Of a stretch of DNA of 64,000 nucleotides, positions 1 through 10,136 are shown piece after piece. The notes below the pieces were generated by a model. It was not told where the DNA came from. It saw only the letters and a program-made list of their open reading frames with translations, and did no database searches. Position numbers and translations under genes: made by a program. The stretch covers positions 3,987 through 67,986 of the forward strand of contig JAKUTX010000008.1 of NCBI GenBank assembly GCA_022447855.1, in the 5' to 3' direction. The DNA comes from SAR202 cluster bacterium. GTDB taxonomy: Bacteria; Chloroflexota; Dehalococcoidia; Lucifugimonadales; UBA6927. The first letter of the stretch is position 1, and the number at the start of each line of letters is the position of its first letter.

Positions 1-647
1 GTATAACCTACTAACGAAACTACTGGTATCCCATTTTCCTGCTGCCGTCTTTGGCGGTACTGTTGACGTCTTTTTCTCACATCTTCTATATTTTTACGTA
101 ATCTTTGAATACTGTTCCGAACAAGTCTTCTATCGGTCTCAATCTGAGTCTCTCCAGGTCCACGAGTTCCTATTCCTCCACCCAATCGCTCTAAATGACT
201 CCACTGACCAGCTAATCTTGGAAGCAAATATTCCTCTTGGGCCAATCGAACTTGAATTCTACCCTCTTTGGTAATCGCCCTCCTAGCAAATACATCCAAA
301 ATTAATGCAGTCCTATCAATTACTTTTACTCCAGTTTTAGAAAGTGCCAATTCTAAATTCTGCTGCTGAGTAGGACTTAATTCATCATCACAAATTAGTG
401 TATTCACATTTTTTTGAACAATAATATTTTCTAGAACTTTCAATTTGCCTTTACCAACATATGTATTTGTTGGAGAATTCAAGTTTTGCAATTCCTGACC
501 AACTACGCTTGCACCTGCCGACCTAGCAAGATCTCCCAACTCTAGCAGTGAATCTTTCGCAACCCACTTACTTTTGTTACGAAGCTTAATACCCAAGAGG
601 AATGCTCTTTCTTTTACTCTTAAGTTATTTATAGTTCTTCTAGGCAT
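1..647 (-). CDS. hflX: GTPase HflX, N-terminal part (3' end lies beyond the left window edge)
   Basis: Not in the ORF track. My translation of the minus strand from the ATG at 647-645 gives MPRRTINNLRVKERAFLLGIK...DRTALILDVFARRAITKEGRIQVRLAQEEYLLPRLAGQWSHLERLGGGIGTRGPGETQIETDRRL, the HflX N-terminal/linker signature. Confidence 0.8.
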   Translation of the reverse strand, partial: MPRRTINNLRVKERAFLLGIKLRNKSKWVAKDSLLELGDLARSAGASVVGQELQNLNSPTNTYVGKGKLKVLENIIVQKNVNTLICDDELSPTQQQNLELALSKTGVKVIDRTALILDVFARRAITKEGRIQVRLAQEEYLLPRLAGQWSHLERLGGGIGTRGPGETQIETDRRLVRNSIQRLRKNIEDVRKRRQQYRQRRQQENGIPVVSLVGY

Positions 648-685
648 CTATGTATCTACAGATTTTAAACAAATTAATTGGAAAT

Positions 686-1855
686 TTATTTGTTCGGCAA
701 TTCAAATGCTCTTAGACGGTCCAATCCCAACTTGATTTGGTCATCGGTAGTAGTAATCGACAAGCGAATATATCCCTCCCCGAAACTCCCATAACCTGAT
801 CCAGGTGTTACAACCACATCACATTGCTCTAAAAGTAAACTTGTGAACTCTGCGGAGGTAAAACCATCAGGTATCCGAGCCCACACATATAAGCTAGCCT
901 TAGGATCATCAACATGCATACCTATGTCGCGAAGAGTCTGAATAATTAAATCTCTCCTTGATTGATATACACGATTCCTATTATGGATTTCATCCTGAGT
1001 CAAATTCAACGCTTCTATCGCCATATGTTGTATGGCTTGAGGAACTCCTGAATCCAAATTGGATTTTACAACCATTAATGCTTCTATCATTTCAGCATTT
1101 CCTACAGCCATGCCCACTCTCCATCCAGTCATATTAAAACTTTTTGACAAAGAGTGGAATTCCAGTCCAGCTGATTTAGCTCCATCATTTTGCAAAAAAC
1201 TAACAGGCTTATAATCATCATAGGCAACTTCTGAATAGCATGCATCATGCATTACCGGAATATTATATTTTTGAGAAAAACGAACTACTTCTTCAAAATA
1301 GTTCAAGTCTGCAACGGCACCAGTTGGATTGTTAGGGTAATTCAACCACATCACTTTGGCAGCTTCCGAAACATCTGAAGGGATTCGTTCCAAATCGGGT
1401 AACCATCCATTCTTTTCAAATAAAGGCATCCACTCACACTCCCCCCCTGCAAACCAAGTTCCTACAGAATAAACTGGATATCCTGGGTCTGGAACCAAGG
1501 CAATATCTCCAGGATCAATGAAACAAAGTGAAGCATGACCAATTCCCTCTTTTGCACCTATTAGAGGCAAAACTTCGGTGTCAGGATCCAAAGAAACAGA
1601 AAATCTCTTTTCATACCATTCTGCGATCGCCCTGCGGAATTCTGGCAATCCATCCGTTTCCGGATACCTGTGATTAGGTGAATCAAGTGCCGTCTTCCTC
1701 AACTCATCAATTACAGGTTGAGGAGTCGGTATGTCAGGATCTCCTATTCCAAAGCTCACCACATCAATACCTTGAGCTTTTTTCTCCGCAATTTTCCGGC
1801 TTATTTCAACAAATAAATACGGTGGAACTTTATCAATTCTGTTAGCTAATTTCAT
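686..1855 (-). CDS. dapL: LL-diaminopimelate aminotransferase (class I PLP aminotransferase)
   Basis: 389 aa. Has NYPNNPTG and the SLSKSFNMTGWRVG PLP-lysine motif. The N-terminus (RIDKVPPYLFVEI) is typical of the DapL type. Lies directly next to dapF. Confidence 0.8.
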   Translation of the reverse strand: MKLANRIDKVPPYLFVEISRKIAEKKAQGIDVVSFGIGDPDIPTPQPVIDELRKTALDSPNHRYPETDGLPEFRRAIAEWYEKRFSVSLDPDTEVLPLIGAKEGIGHASLCFIDPGDIALVPDPGYPVYSVGTWFAGGECEWMPLFEKNGWLPDLERIPSDVSEAAKVMWLNYPNNPTGAVADLNYFEEVVRFSQKYNIPVMHDACYSEVAYDDYKPVSFLQNDGAKSAGLEFHSLSKSFNMTGWRVGMAVGNAEMIEALMVVKSNLDSGVPQAIQHMAIEALNLTQDEIHNRNRVYQSRRDLIIQTLRDIGMHVDDPKASLYVWARIPDGFTSAEFTSLLLEQCDVVVTPGSGYGSFGEGYIRLSITTTDDQIKLGLDRLRAFELPNK

Positions 1856-1956
1856 GATTCCCCTATCAATAGAAAATAAAACTTAGTTTTAATTCATTAC
1901 TTAAAATCTCTTATTAAAGAAACATCCTATCCGAGACACAAAGAATCGTAAAGGTC

Positions 1957-2817
1957 CTACGGCTGTAATAACCATTCACCTTCGAAAACTGTATCAATAG
2001 GGCCTTCCATTTCTACATTCCCTTCACCTGACCATCTAATAATCAAATTACCTCCAGGGAGAGAAACAATCACTTCATCATCTACCATCCCAAGTAAATG
2101 TGCTACCACTGCTACTGCACATGCGCCTGTACCACAAGCCTGGGTGATTCCAGATCCTCTTTCCCATACACGAACATCAAGGCTGGTCCTACTGATGAAA
2201 TTCACTACTTCAAAGTTAACTCTATTTGGAAACATATGATGATGTTCAATAATTGGACCAATATCAAGTAAATTAAATTTGTCTATCGGTTCTTCTACAA
2301 ATGCAACCGCATGAGGATTACCCATAGAAACACAGGAGATTTTTAAATTGTTATGATTTATAACTACTGGATATTCAAGTAATGGCTCATCAGAAGAGAA
2401 ATTTTCCACCTTGACTGGAACCTGTGAAGGAGACAATACAGGCAATCCCATTGAAACCCGAGCACCAATCATACAATTATGTTTAATGATAGGAAAAACT
2501 GAAAGTATCCCTGCTCCAGTTTCAACAACAACTTCCTTTTGTGAAATACTAATTGCTCCACAAGCCTGAGCAAAACCAACTAAACAGCGTATCCCATTTC
2601 CACACATTTCACCTTCACTACCGTCTGAATTAAACATACGCATGCGAATATCCCCAGTTTCGGAGTCTAATAACAAAATTAAACCATCCGAGCCCACACC
2701 TTTATGCCTATCACTGATATCTATGGAAAGACTACCCCAATTTTCTTCTTGTAAATTTCGAGCGTCTATAAACACATAATCGTTTCCGGCACCATGCATT
2801 TTGGTAAATTTGATCAA
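1957..2817 (-). CDS. dapF: diaminopimelate epimerase
   Basis: 286 aa. FTKMHGAGNDY start. Both catalytic Cys motifs are present (NSDGSEGEMCGNG and ACGTGACA). Confidence 0.9.
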   Translation of the reverse strand: MIKFTKMHGAGNDYVFIDARNLQEENWGSLSIDISDRHKGVGSDGLILLLDSETGDIRMRMFNSDGSEGEMCGNGIRCLVGFAQACGAISISQKEVVVETGAGILSVFPIIKHNCMIGARVSMGLPVLSPSQVPVKVENFSSDEPLLEYPVVINHNNLKISCVSMGNPHAVAFVEEPIDKFNLLDIGPIIEHHHMFPNRVNFEVVNFISRTSLDVRVWERGSGITQACGTGACAVAVVAHLLGMVDDEVIVSLPGGNLIIRWSGEGNVEMEGPIDTVFEGEWLLQP

Positions 2818-2882
2818 ACACCACCACCATGAGTAAAATAGTCACAGTATTTTATCATAAAACACTAAAATCTCTGAATGAT

Positions 2883-3818
2883 TCAGTCAGATTTATGGCT
2901 TAGAATCCAGTTTCTTGCAAATTCAATCGCTAAATCAAACGACTCAGTTGAATCAAACCAGTTTATTCTCTTATCATCCAGTCTAAACCAATTATATTGG
3001 CCTCTAGCAAATCTATGTGTAGCAAATTTTATCCTCTCCACAGCAGTATCTAATGATAAGTCTCCATGTATATAAGATAGTAACTCTCTATATCCTAAAC
3101 TAGACATCGAGGGCAAATTTTCATCAATCCCATCATTGAGTAATGTTCGAACCTCTTCAATCCAACCAGAATTGATCATAAAATCCACCCTTTGATCAAT
3201 CTTCAAATATAATTGATCCCTGGGTAAAGTTAGTCCCACAATAAGAATCCTATTCCAAGGCTGATCATTAGTAGAAATAAACCGTCCTTTCTGAGGATGA
3301 ATTTTAAAAAATTCCTCTTTTTCAATTGCCCTAACAATTCTTCTAGGATTTTTAGGATCAACTTTTTCAAATGCATCCATACTCAAATCTTTTAAAATGT
3401 CCAACAATTCCTCTACAGAAAATGAATACAATTGGGATCTGCGTTCGTCGTTTGGTGGTACATCAGAAATATCCCAATTTTCCAATAAGCCCCAAATATA
3501 CTGACCAGTACCTCCAACCAATATTGGCAATTTCGATTTAGAAAACACAGCATTGATAGAAATTATGGCATCATTCTTAAATTGCGCTAAATTGTATATT
3601 TTCTTAGGGTCAACAATATCTACTAAATCATGCTCTATCAATTTTCTAGTATTAATATTGGGTTTAGCAGTACCTATATCCAAACCCTTATACACTTGCC
3701 TACTATCGGCACTAATAATTTCACCATTCAATTGCGAAGCAAGTTCAATGGAATATTCAGTCTTACCAACACTGGTAGGCCCTACTACTACAACTAATGG
3801 AAAATCTTTTGTGGTCAC
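2883..3818 (-). CDS. miaA: tRNA dimethylallyltransferase
   Basis: 311 aa. P-loop GPTSVGKT, then SADSRQVYKGLDIGTAKP. Its start overlaps the tpiA stop by 1 nt. Confidence 0.9.
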   Translation of the reverse strand: MTTKDFPLVVVVGPTSVGKTEYSIELASQLNGEIISADSRQVYKGLDIGTAKPNINTRKLIEHDLVDIVDPKKIYNLAQFKNDAIISINAVFSKSKLPILVGGTGQYIWGLLENWDISDVPPNDERRSQLYSFSVEELLDILKDLSMDAFEKVDPKNPRRIVRAIEKEEFFKIHPQKGRFISTNDQPWNRILIVGLTLPRDQLYLKIDQRVDFMINSGWIEEVRTLLNDGIDENLPSMSSLGYRELLSYIHGDLSLDTAVERIKFATHRFARGQYNWFRLDDKRINWFDSTESFDLAIEFARNWILSHKSD

Positions 3819-4612
3819 TAGACTAAAACATCCGAATCATTTTGTTTGTTAACAATTTTAACAATTTCAGAAAATAATTTTGCATTTAAACTGTTAGACC
3901 CCACTAGTACCCCATCTATCGCAGGAATTGAAACAATTTCCGAAACATTGTCTACAGAAACACTCCCACCATAAATCACCCGTATATCATTAGAGAACGT
4001 CTCACCAAAAATATCACTAAGAATTCGTCTAATCTGAAATGTGATTTGTTGTAAATAATGTGTTGATGCAGGGATTCCTGTGCCAACAGCCCACAAGGGT
4101 TCATAGGCTACTATTAAAGAGGATACATTAATTTTTTGCGTTTTGGTTAGTATGGAATTGAGTTGATTATCAATATATTCAATGGATTTGCCTGAATCAT
4201 AAACTTCTAGCGGTTCCCCAACACACAAAATTGTATTTAACCCGATAGAATGCGCGCGTATACATCTCTCTGCAATAGTAGAATCAGTCTCATAATAAAA
4301 ATTCCTTCGTTCACTATGGCCTAAAATAGTATAATCACAAAATTGTGATAGCATTTCAGCTGAAATTTCTCCAGTAAATGAACCATTAACATTGTTAGAA
4401 ATGTTTTGCCCTCCTAACAATAGAGAACTATTCATTTCAGATACAAAAGTCGCTAAAGAGTCTATATATAGGGATGGAGGGAAAATTACAACTTCAGTTT
4501 TTTTTGAAAATTCTGAAGTCATTGCATGAATTTGCGTAAAAATTTCTAGGGCTTCATGGAAATTTAGGTTCATTTTCCAATTACCACCAACAAATGGAGT
4601 ATTCATAATCAC
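3818..4612 (-). CDS. tpiA: triose-phosphate isomerase
   Basis: 264 aa. GGNWKMN, GHSERR, AYEPLWAVGTG and IYGGSV motifs. Confidence 0.9.
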   Translation of the reverse strand: MIMNTPFVGGNWKMNLNFHEALEIFTQIHAMTSEFSKKTEVVIFPPSLYIDSLATFVSEMNSSLLLGGQNISNNVNGSFTGEISAEMLSQFCDYTILGHSERRNFYYETDSTIAERCIRAHSIGLNTILCVGEPLEVYDSGKSIEYIDNQLNSILTKTQKINVSSLIVAYEPLWAVGTGIPASTHYLQQITFQIRRILSDIFGETFSNDIRVIYGGSVSVDNVSEIVSIPAIDGVLVGSNSLNAKLFSEIVKIVNKQNDSDVLV

Positions 4613-4632
4613 CTATACATATTATAATATTT

Positions 4633-5826
4633 TTATATTTTTAATGCTTCGAGTGCCGGCATTTGTCTTTCGGATAAAAAGTCTAAGGAAGCCCCTCCTC
4701 CGGTAGAAACATGGGAAAACTCTTCTAATAATTGCATTTTTTCAACTATATCAGCTGTAGATCCACCACCAACAATCGTGGAAATAGACTGGTTTAGAGA
4801 AGAAATTGCTTCTGCAATAGAAATTGTCCCATTACTGAATCTTTCATCCTCATATACACCCATTGGACCATTCCAAAAAATCGTATTAGCTCTTCTAAGC
4901 CTCATAGAGAAGTTTTTTACAGTCTTCGGACCAATATCCATTACCCTACCCTCTTTAGGTATGGATTTAATTGAGACAATTTTTACATTTTGTTCCTTCT
5001 CAGGGATTTCTACTTTAACATCACTAGGTAAAATTAATTCGCATTTTTTTGCATCTAGAGTTTTTAAAAACTCTTGCAATAGATCCAAACTATCTGCATC
5101 TATAATTGACTGCCCTACTTCATATCCTTTTGCTTTCAAAAAAGTTGCTGCCATACCTCCTCCAATCATCAAATAATCCGCTTTCTTAGAAATGCTTTCT
5201 ATTACTTGAATCTTATCAGCAACTTTTGCTCCTCCCATTACAGCTACGAATGGATTTTTCGGTGAAGACATCAACTTCTGCAACACTTCTATTTCCTGCA
5301 TCATTAAAAATCCTGGCATAGATGGTAAATAATTTGTTACTCCCACCGTCGAAGCATGGGAACGATGTGCTACACCAAAAGCATCATTAACAAACAAATC
5401 AGCTAACGAAGCTAAAAAAGAGGAAAATTCATCTGAATTTTCCTCTTCCCCAGGATGGAATCTTAAATTGGGTAGCATTAAAATTTCACGAGATTTTAAC
5501 TCCTGAACACACTGGGTCACATGCTCAAAGTCAAAATGCTCTAATTTCTTAACAGATATTCCTAACAAATCAGAAAATCTATCTACAATAGGTTTTAAAT
5601 CAAAATCTGTATCATACTTTCCTTTTGGACGTCCAAAATGTGAACACACAATAATTGAACAATCATTATCAAGCAAATAATTTATTGTAGGAATACTAGA
5701 GAGTATCTTTAAATCACTTAACACTTTAGTAGGGCCCATAGAATACGGGACATTAAAATCCACTCGTATCAAAACTTTCAAGTTTTTAATATTAAAATCA
5801 ATGAGTCTATTTTTTGGATTCAACAT
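4633..5826 (-). CDS. pgk: phosphoglycerate kinase
   Basis: 397 aa. RVDFNVP, SHFGRPKG and STGGGASL motifs. Confidence 0.95.
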   Translation of the reverse strand: MLNPKNRLIDFNIKNLKVLIRVDFNVPYSMGPTKVLSDLKILSSIPTINYLLDNDCSIIVCSHFGRPKGKYDTDFDLKPIVDRFSDLLGISVKKLEHFDFEHVTQCVQELKSREILMLPNLRFHPGEEENSDEFSSFLASLADLFVNDAFGVAHRSHASTVGVTNYLPSMPGFLMMQEIEVLQKLMSSPKNPFVAVMGGAKVADKIQVIESISKKADYLMIGGGMAATFLKAKGYEVGQSIIDADSLDLLQEFLKTLDAKKCELILPSDVKVEIPEKEQNVKIVSIKSIPKEGRVMDIGPKTVKNFSMRLRRANTIFWNGPMGVYEDERFSNGTISIAEAISSLNQSISTIVGGGSTADIVEKMQLLEEFSHVSTGGGASLDFLSERQMPALEALKI

Positions 5827-5842
5827 CTAGTATCTCTGGGAT

Positions 5843-6856
5843 TTACTTAATTCCATTATCAATAATATTGTTAACGTATGAAGATGCGATCTCAAGTTTT
5901 TGGCTATCTTCAAAAATTTCCTTTAAACCCTTTTGACACTGGGATTTATAATCCTCTAACAAATTGAAACTTTGATTTTTTATATCCAAGTCTTCCAATA
6001 TTTCACGGATTGATACAACATCTGATGATTCTAATACTCGTTTGAAGAAAATATCTCCCAATTTTCTTTTTTCACTTATTGAAGCCTTCGACATACCTAG
6101 AACTACAGGTAGAATTTTCTTTTTATTGAGCAATTCAATATCAGATCCATCTGCCCAAATAATGTTAATATCTGTTGCAATCTGCAGCGCTATACCAAGG
6201 GCATTTCCACAAGATGAAATAACGTTTAATTTCTCAGGGTTATTAGAATTTATAATATATCCTAATTGAAGCGCACACGAGAAAACCGACCCCAATCGAT
6301 CGCCAGACATCTGCAAATAATTTTGTATATTCATATCAATTGATTCTTGAGCTTCAAGATCCAAATATCTTCCCTCACATGCCTTTAAAGTAGCCTGATC
6401 CAAAATGCTGAGCATCTGGAAAATATTTTCTGAAGGATATCCATCTTCGTGCATTTGTAATATTGTCAATCGTGCTAATGCATGGAGACCATCTCCAGCA
6501 TTGATTGCTTGCGCCGGCCCCCATAACCACCAAACAGTATCGCGACCATTTCTCGATGGATTCCCAGATTGGATATCATCATGAATTTGTAAAAATTTGG
6601 AAATCATTTCAATAGAAACAGCAGGCTTTATTGCATCCTTAATTTGTCTGGAGGAAGCCAATAAACACAATACACCAAAAGGATTGGATATCAGCTCATT
6701 ACCCTTAAGAACTTCATCATTACCCACTGACAACTCTTCAACAGAATCATTCCATCCCATTTGATATTCAATAATTCTATAAAGAGGTAATTCTCTTTCA
6801 TTAATCAAATCCCGAAGTTTTTGGTCAACAATCTGATTTAAGTCTTCAACGTGCAT
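5843..6856 (-). CDS. polyprenyl synthetase-family protein with degenerate Asp-rich motifs
   Basis: 337 aa. LQIHDDIQSGNPSRNGRDTVWWLWGPAQAINAGDGLHALA aligns to the first Asp-rich block (LIHDDLxD...RRG..T.H..G...AIxAGD). The second block reads GIALQIATDINIIW instead of FQxxDDxxD. Confidence 0.55.
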   Translation of the reverse strand: MHVEDLNQIVDQKLRDLINERELPLYRIIEYQMGWNDSVEELSVGNDEVLKGNELISNPFGVLCLLASSRQIKDAIKPAVSIEMISKFLQIHDDIQSGNPSRNGRDTVWWLWGPAQAINAGDGLHALARLTILQMHEDGYPSENIFQMLSILDQATLKACEGRYLDLEAQESIDMNIQNYLQMSGDRLGSVFSCALQLGYIINSNNPEKLNVISSCGNALGIALQIATDINIIWADGSDIELLNKKKILPVVLGMSKASISEKRKLGDIFFKRVLESSDVVSIREILEDLDIKNQSFNLLEDYKSQCQKGLKEIFEDSQKLEIASSYVNNIIDNGIK

Positions 6857-6866
6857 TCAATTTCCT

Positions 6867-7505
6867 TTATTTTATAAATCCACTACCTAGGAATTCTTCA
6901 AGTTTTGACCTTGGAATTGATGCTTCCCTTAACAAAACCCAAGGTTCAGAAGTAACATCTAAAATAGTCGACGGTTGGAATTCTCCTTTTTTAGTTGGAT
7001 GTTCGACTATAAAATCGATCTCGTCACCAAATTCTTCATATATAGACTTTGGGTCGTTAAATGGAGGTTCTCCACTCCTATTAACACTCGTCCCTGTGAT
7101 AGCAGAATTCATCCTTTCAGAAATTGCCCGGGGAATTGGATGGTCAGGTAAACGCAGTGCCACCGAAGGTAATCCTCCGCTTACAATTTCTGAAACACCA
7201 GGGGTTTTTTTTACAATTAAAGTCAATGAGCCGGGCCAAAATTCATTTACAAGTCCTATGACATCATCATTTATTCCATCAGCGTAATCATTAATTTGTT
7301 GAACACTGCCTAACAACAGCGGAAGAGCCTGACTTTCACTTCGTCCTTTAATTTGAAAAACTTTTTCTACCGCGCTATCAATCGAAGACAAAACAGCAAG
7401 TCCATATATTGTATCTGTAGGGATAGCAATCAAGCCACCATTTTCAAGAATATTCGCGACTCTATCCAAATCAAAAAAAATGTTTCGTTCATTGAATCCA
7501 GACAT
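6867..7505 (-). CDS. tsaC: L-threonylcarbamoyladenylate synthase (Sua5/YrdC/YciO family, YrdC domain only)
   Basis: 212 aa. IAIPTDTIYGLA, then the LRLPDHP and SVNRSGEPP motifs of the YrdC fold. Confidence 0.85.
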   Translation of the reverse strand: MSGFNERNIFFDLDRVANILENGGLIAIPTDTIYGLAVLSSIDSAVEKVFQIKGRSESQALPLLLGSVQQINDYADGINDDVIGLVNEFWPGSLTLIVKKTPGVSEIVSGGLPSVALRLPDHPIPRAISERMNSAITGTSVNRSGEPPFNDPKSIYEEFGDEIDFIVEHPTKKGEFQPSTILDVTSEPWVLLREASIPRSKLEEFLGSGFIK

Positions 7506-7592
7506 TCAATTATTACTCCATGAGAGTGTTAGTGTATTATACAATGAATCAATCTCAAACATACTAATCTCACAAAGAGAATTTTTAAATCC

Positions 7593-9155
7593 ATGGCTCC
7601 GTCAAGATCAACAATTCACAGTGAAACAATCTTCATAATAGACTTTGGATCTCAGTACAGTCACCTGATTGCGAGAAGAGTAAGAGAACAGAATGTCTAT
7701 TGTGAAATAATCCCCCACACTACTTCTTGGGAATCAATTGGATCCAATTCTCCAAAAGGAATTATTTTGTCTGGAGGACCTGCGAGTGTATATGATGATA
7801 ATTCTCCCCGAGCGCCTGAATGGGTATGGGAGAAAGGAATACCAGTTCTAGGAATTTGCTATGGAATGCAATTAATGGCCCACCAATTGGGTGGGAAAGT
7901 CCTACCTGCAACAGAAAGGGAATTCGGACATGCAATCTTGAATCAAAACTCTGGAGACAACTTACTGTTTTCCGAGCTTCCTGATTCACTTCCAGTATGG
8001 ATGAGTCACGCTGACCGCATCTCACAAACCCCACCTGATTTCCACCCAATAGGCAACAGTGAAAATTCCCCCATTGCTGCAATGTCTAATGGTAACAGTA
8101 TGTATGGAATACAATTTCACCCTGAAGTAGCTCATACTCCTAATGGGTCTCAAATCATTGATAATTTCTTAAGAAAGATATGCCATTGCGAGGGGTTATG
8201 GACAGCCGGAAATTTTATTACTGAAAGTATTCAAAGAATTAAAACTCAAGTCAAAAATGGAAAAGTAATTTGTGCTCTATCAGGTGGTGTTGATTCTTCA
8301 GTTACTGCAGCTCTAATCCACGAAGCAATTGGCAAACAACTACACTGTGTTTTTGTTGATAATGGACTCATGAGACTTGAAGAACCCGAAAGAGTTATAG
8401 ATGTGTTCAACCGAAATTTGGATATCCAAATCATCCATTCAAAATCTGCATCTTTATTCCTTTCAGATCTCAAAGGAGTAACAGATCCAGAACAAAAAAG
8501 AATGATAATAGGCAAAAGATTTATCAAGGTTTTCGAAGACGAGGCTACCAAATTAGGCAAAGTTGATTTTCTTGCTCAAGGAACTCTCTATCCTGACGTA
8601 ATTGAAAGTGAAACTGCAGAATCAGGAACCTCGGCAAAAATCAAAACCCATCACAATGTTGGAGGACTACCTGAACACATGGAATTGGAATTGGTTGAAC
8701 CTCTAAGATATCTATTTAAAGATGAGGTTCGAAAAATTGGATTGGGGCTCGGCCTCCCTGAAGAAATGGTATTCAGACAACCATTTCCTGGGCCGGGACT
8801 AGCAATCAGAATAATGGGAGAGGTAACAGAAAACAAACTACATACTCTTCGACTTTCTGATTGGGTAGTAATGGATGAAATTAAGAACAACAATCTATAC
8901 AACGAACTCTGGCAAAGTTTTGCAGTTTTACTTGAAACTCGTACAGTCGGAGTAATGGGAGATGAAAGAACCTACGGAAACGTAGTTGCAATAAGGGCTG
9001 TTACAAGCGAAGATGCAATGACATCGGACTGGGCTCGCATACCCAATGATGTTTTAGCAAAAATGAGTAATAGAATTGTTAACGAAGTCCCCAATGCAAC
9101 CCGAGTGGTATACGACATTACCAGCAAACCACCTGGAACAATTGAGTGGGAATAA
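7593..9155 (+). CDS. guaA: GMP synthase (glutamine-hydrolysing)
   Basis: 520 aa. GATase domain (GICYGMQL, HPE) plus the ATP-PPase SGGVDSS motif and the C-terminal PPGTIEWE. Confidence 0.95.
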   Translation: MAPSRSTIHSETIFIIDFGSQYSHLIARRVREQNVYCEIIPHTTSWESIGSNSPKGIILSGGPASVYDDNSPRAPEWVWEKGIPVLGICYGMQLMAHQLGGKVLPATEREFGHAILNQNSGDNLLFSELPDSLPVWMSHADRISQTPPDFHPIGNSENSPIAAMSNGNSMYGIQFHPEVAHTPNGSQIIDNFLRKICHCEGLWTAGNFITESIQRIKTQVKNGKVICALSGGVDSSVTAALIHEAIGKQLHCVFVDNGLMRLEEPERVIDVFNRNLDIQIIHSKSASLFLSDLKGVTDPEQKRMIIGKRFIKVFEDEATKLGKVDFLAQGTLYPDVIESETAESGTSAKIKTHHNVGGLPEHMELELVEPLRYLFKDEVRKIGLGLGLPEEMVFRQPFPGPGLAIRIMGEVTENKLHTLRLSDWVVMDEIKNNNLYNELWQSFAVLLETRTVGVMGDERTYGNVVAIRAVTSEDAMTSDWARIPNDVLAKMSNRIVNEVPNATRVVYDITSKPPGTIEWE

Positions 9156-9176
9156 AGTGAATGGAATCTATAACTG

Positions 9177-9716
9177 ATGAAAAAAGTATGGATTTTCAGC
9201 GGTATCCCAGCATCTGGGAAAACTACTACTGCAAAAGAATTTGCAAAAAAGTTTCCTAAGGCTGCTTTAATAAGTAGAGATGACTTGCAAGACCAAATTG
9301 TCTCAGGCAATGTACGTCCAAATGCTTTGCCAAAAGAAGAAGCTTGTTTCCAGACCGATATGAATATTCGAAACCAATGCGCTTTAGCTCAATCCTACCT
9401 ACAGCATGGTTTTATACCAATATGTGACGATGTGGTAGGAGAAAATCAGTTAGCTATATACAAAGAATTACTCAAGAATAATCAAATTCATCTTGTTACC
9501 CTTAATCCACATTTAGATTTGGCAAAAAAAAGAGATAAACAGAGAAATAATGAATCACGATTTTATTTTCAAGAAAGCCAAATTAAAAGGGGTGAACTAT
9601 TACAAAATTTAGTATTAACTGTATCCAATCAAGGTCTATGGATTGACAATTCAACAATATCTGTAGAAGAGACCGTTGATTATATACTTAAAAATGTAGA
9701 GAAATGTATTGTATAG
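9177..9716 (+). CDS. P-loop kinase/ATPase (AAA_33-like)
   Basis: 179 aa. Walker A SGIPASGKTT near the N-terminus. Small kinase-like size. No further assignment possible. Confidence 0.6.
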   Translation: MKKVWIFSGIPASGKTTTAKEFAKKFPKAALISRDDLQDQIVSGNVRPNALPKEEACFQTDMNIRNQCALAQSYLQHGFIPICDDVVGENQLAIYKELLKNNQIHLVTLNPHLDLAKKRDKQRNNESRFYFQESQIKRGELLQNLVLTVSNQGLWIDNSTISVEETVDYILKNVEKCIV

Positions 9717-9749
9717 GAATACGTATGAAAAAATTCAATGAGGTTCAAA

Positions 9750-10136
9750 ATGCAGACACTAAGTAAAACAGCATTTGCTGAATATATTACTGAAATTGCA
9801 TTAAGTGTATATGATTTCCACGAACGATTTAATCTTCCTGCAGTAGATTCTTCGAATAATGAAGAATTAGGTCTTAAAATCCTAAGAGATAGACTTGTAT
9901 TGTTGAATGAGGAAATTGGAGAACAAGCTTGGGAACTCAATCGCAGTAGATTTAATGAAGCTGTTGAGGAGTCAGCAGATGTTGCATTCATTGCTATAGG
10001 TACATTATGTAGTCTTGGAATATTGGCAAAATCCGCAGCAATTTCTGTTAAAAACAATAACGACTCAAAATCAAGTTCAACTCATCATATCGATTCAAGA
10101 TCAGGAAAGCTAATCAAAACCAAAAACCAATCATGA
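9750..10136 (+). CDS. MazG-like all-alpha NTP pyrophosphohydrolase family protein
   Basis: LLNEEIGEQAWEL...EAVEESADVAFIAIG is the EExxE...ExxD pattern of MazG-like enzymes. I prefer the ATG at 9750 because a GAGG lies 6 nt upstream. The stop overlaps the purD start (ATGA). Confidence 0.5.
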   Translation: MQTLSKTAFAEYITEIALSVYDFHERFNLPAVDSSNNEELGLKILRDRLVLLNEEIGEQAWELNRSRFNEAVEESADVAFIAIGTLCSLGILAKSAAISVKNNNDSKSSSTHHIDSRSGKLIKTKNQS

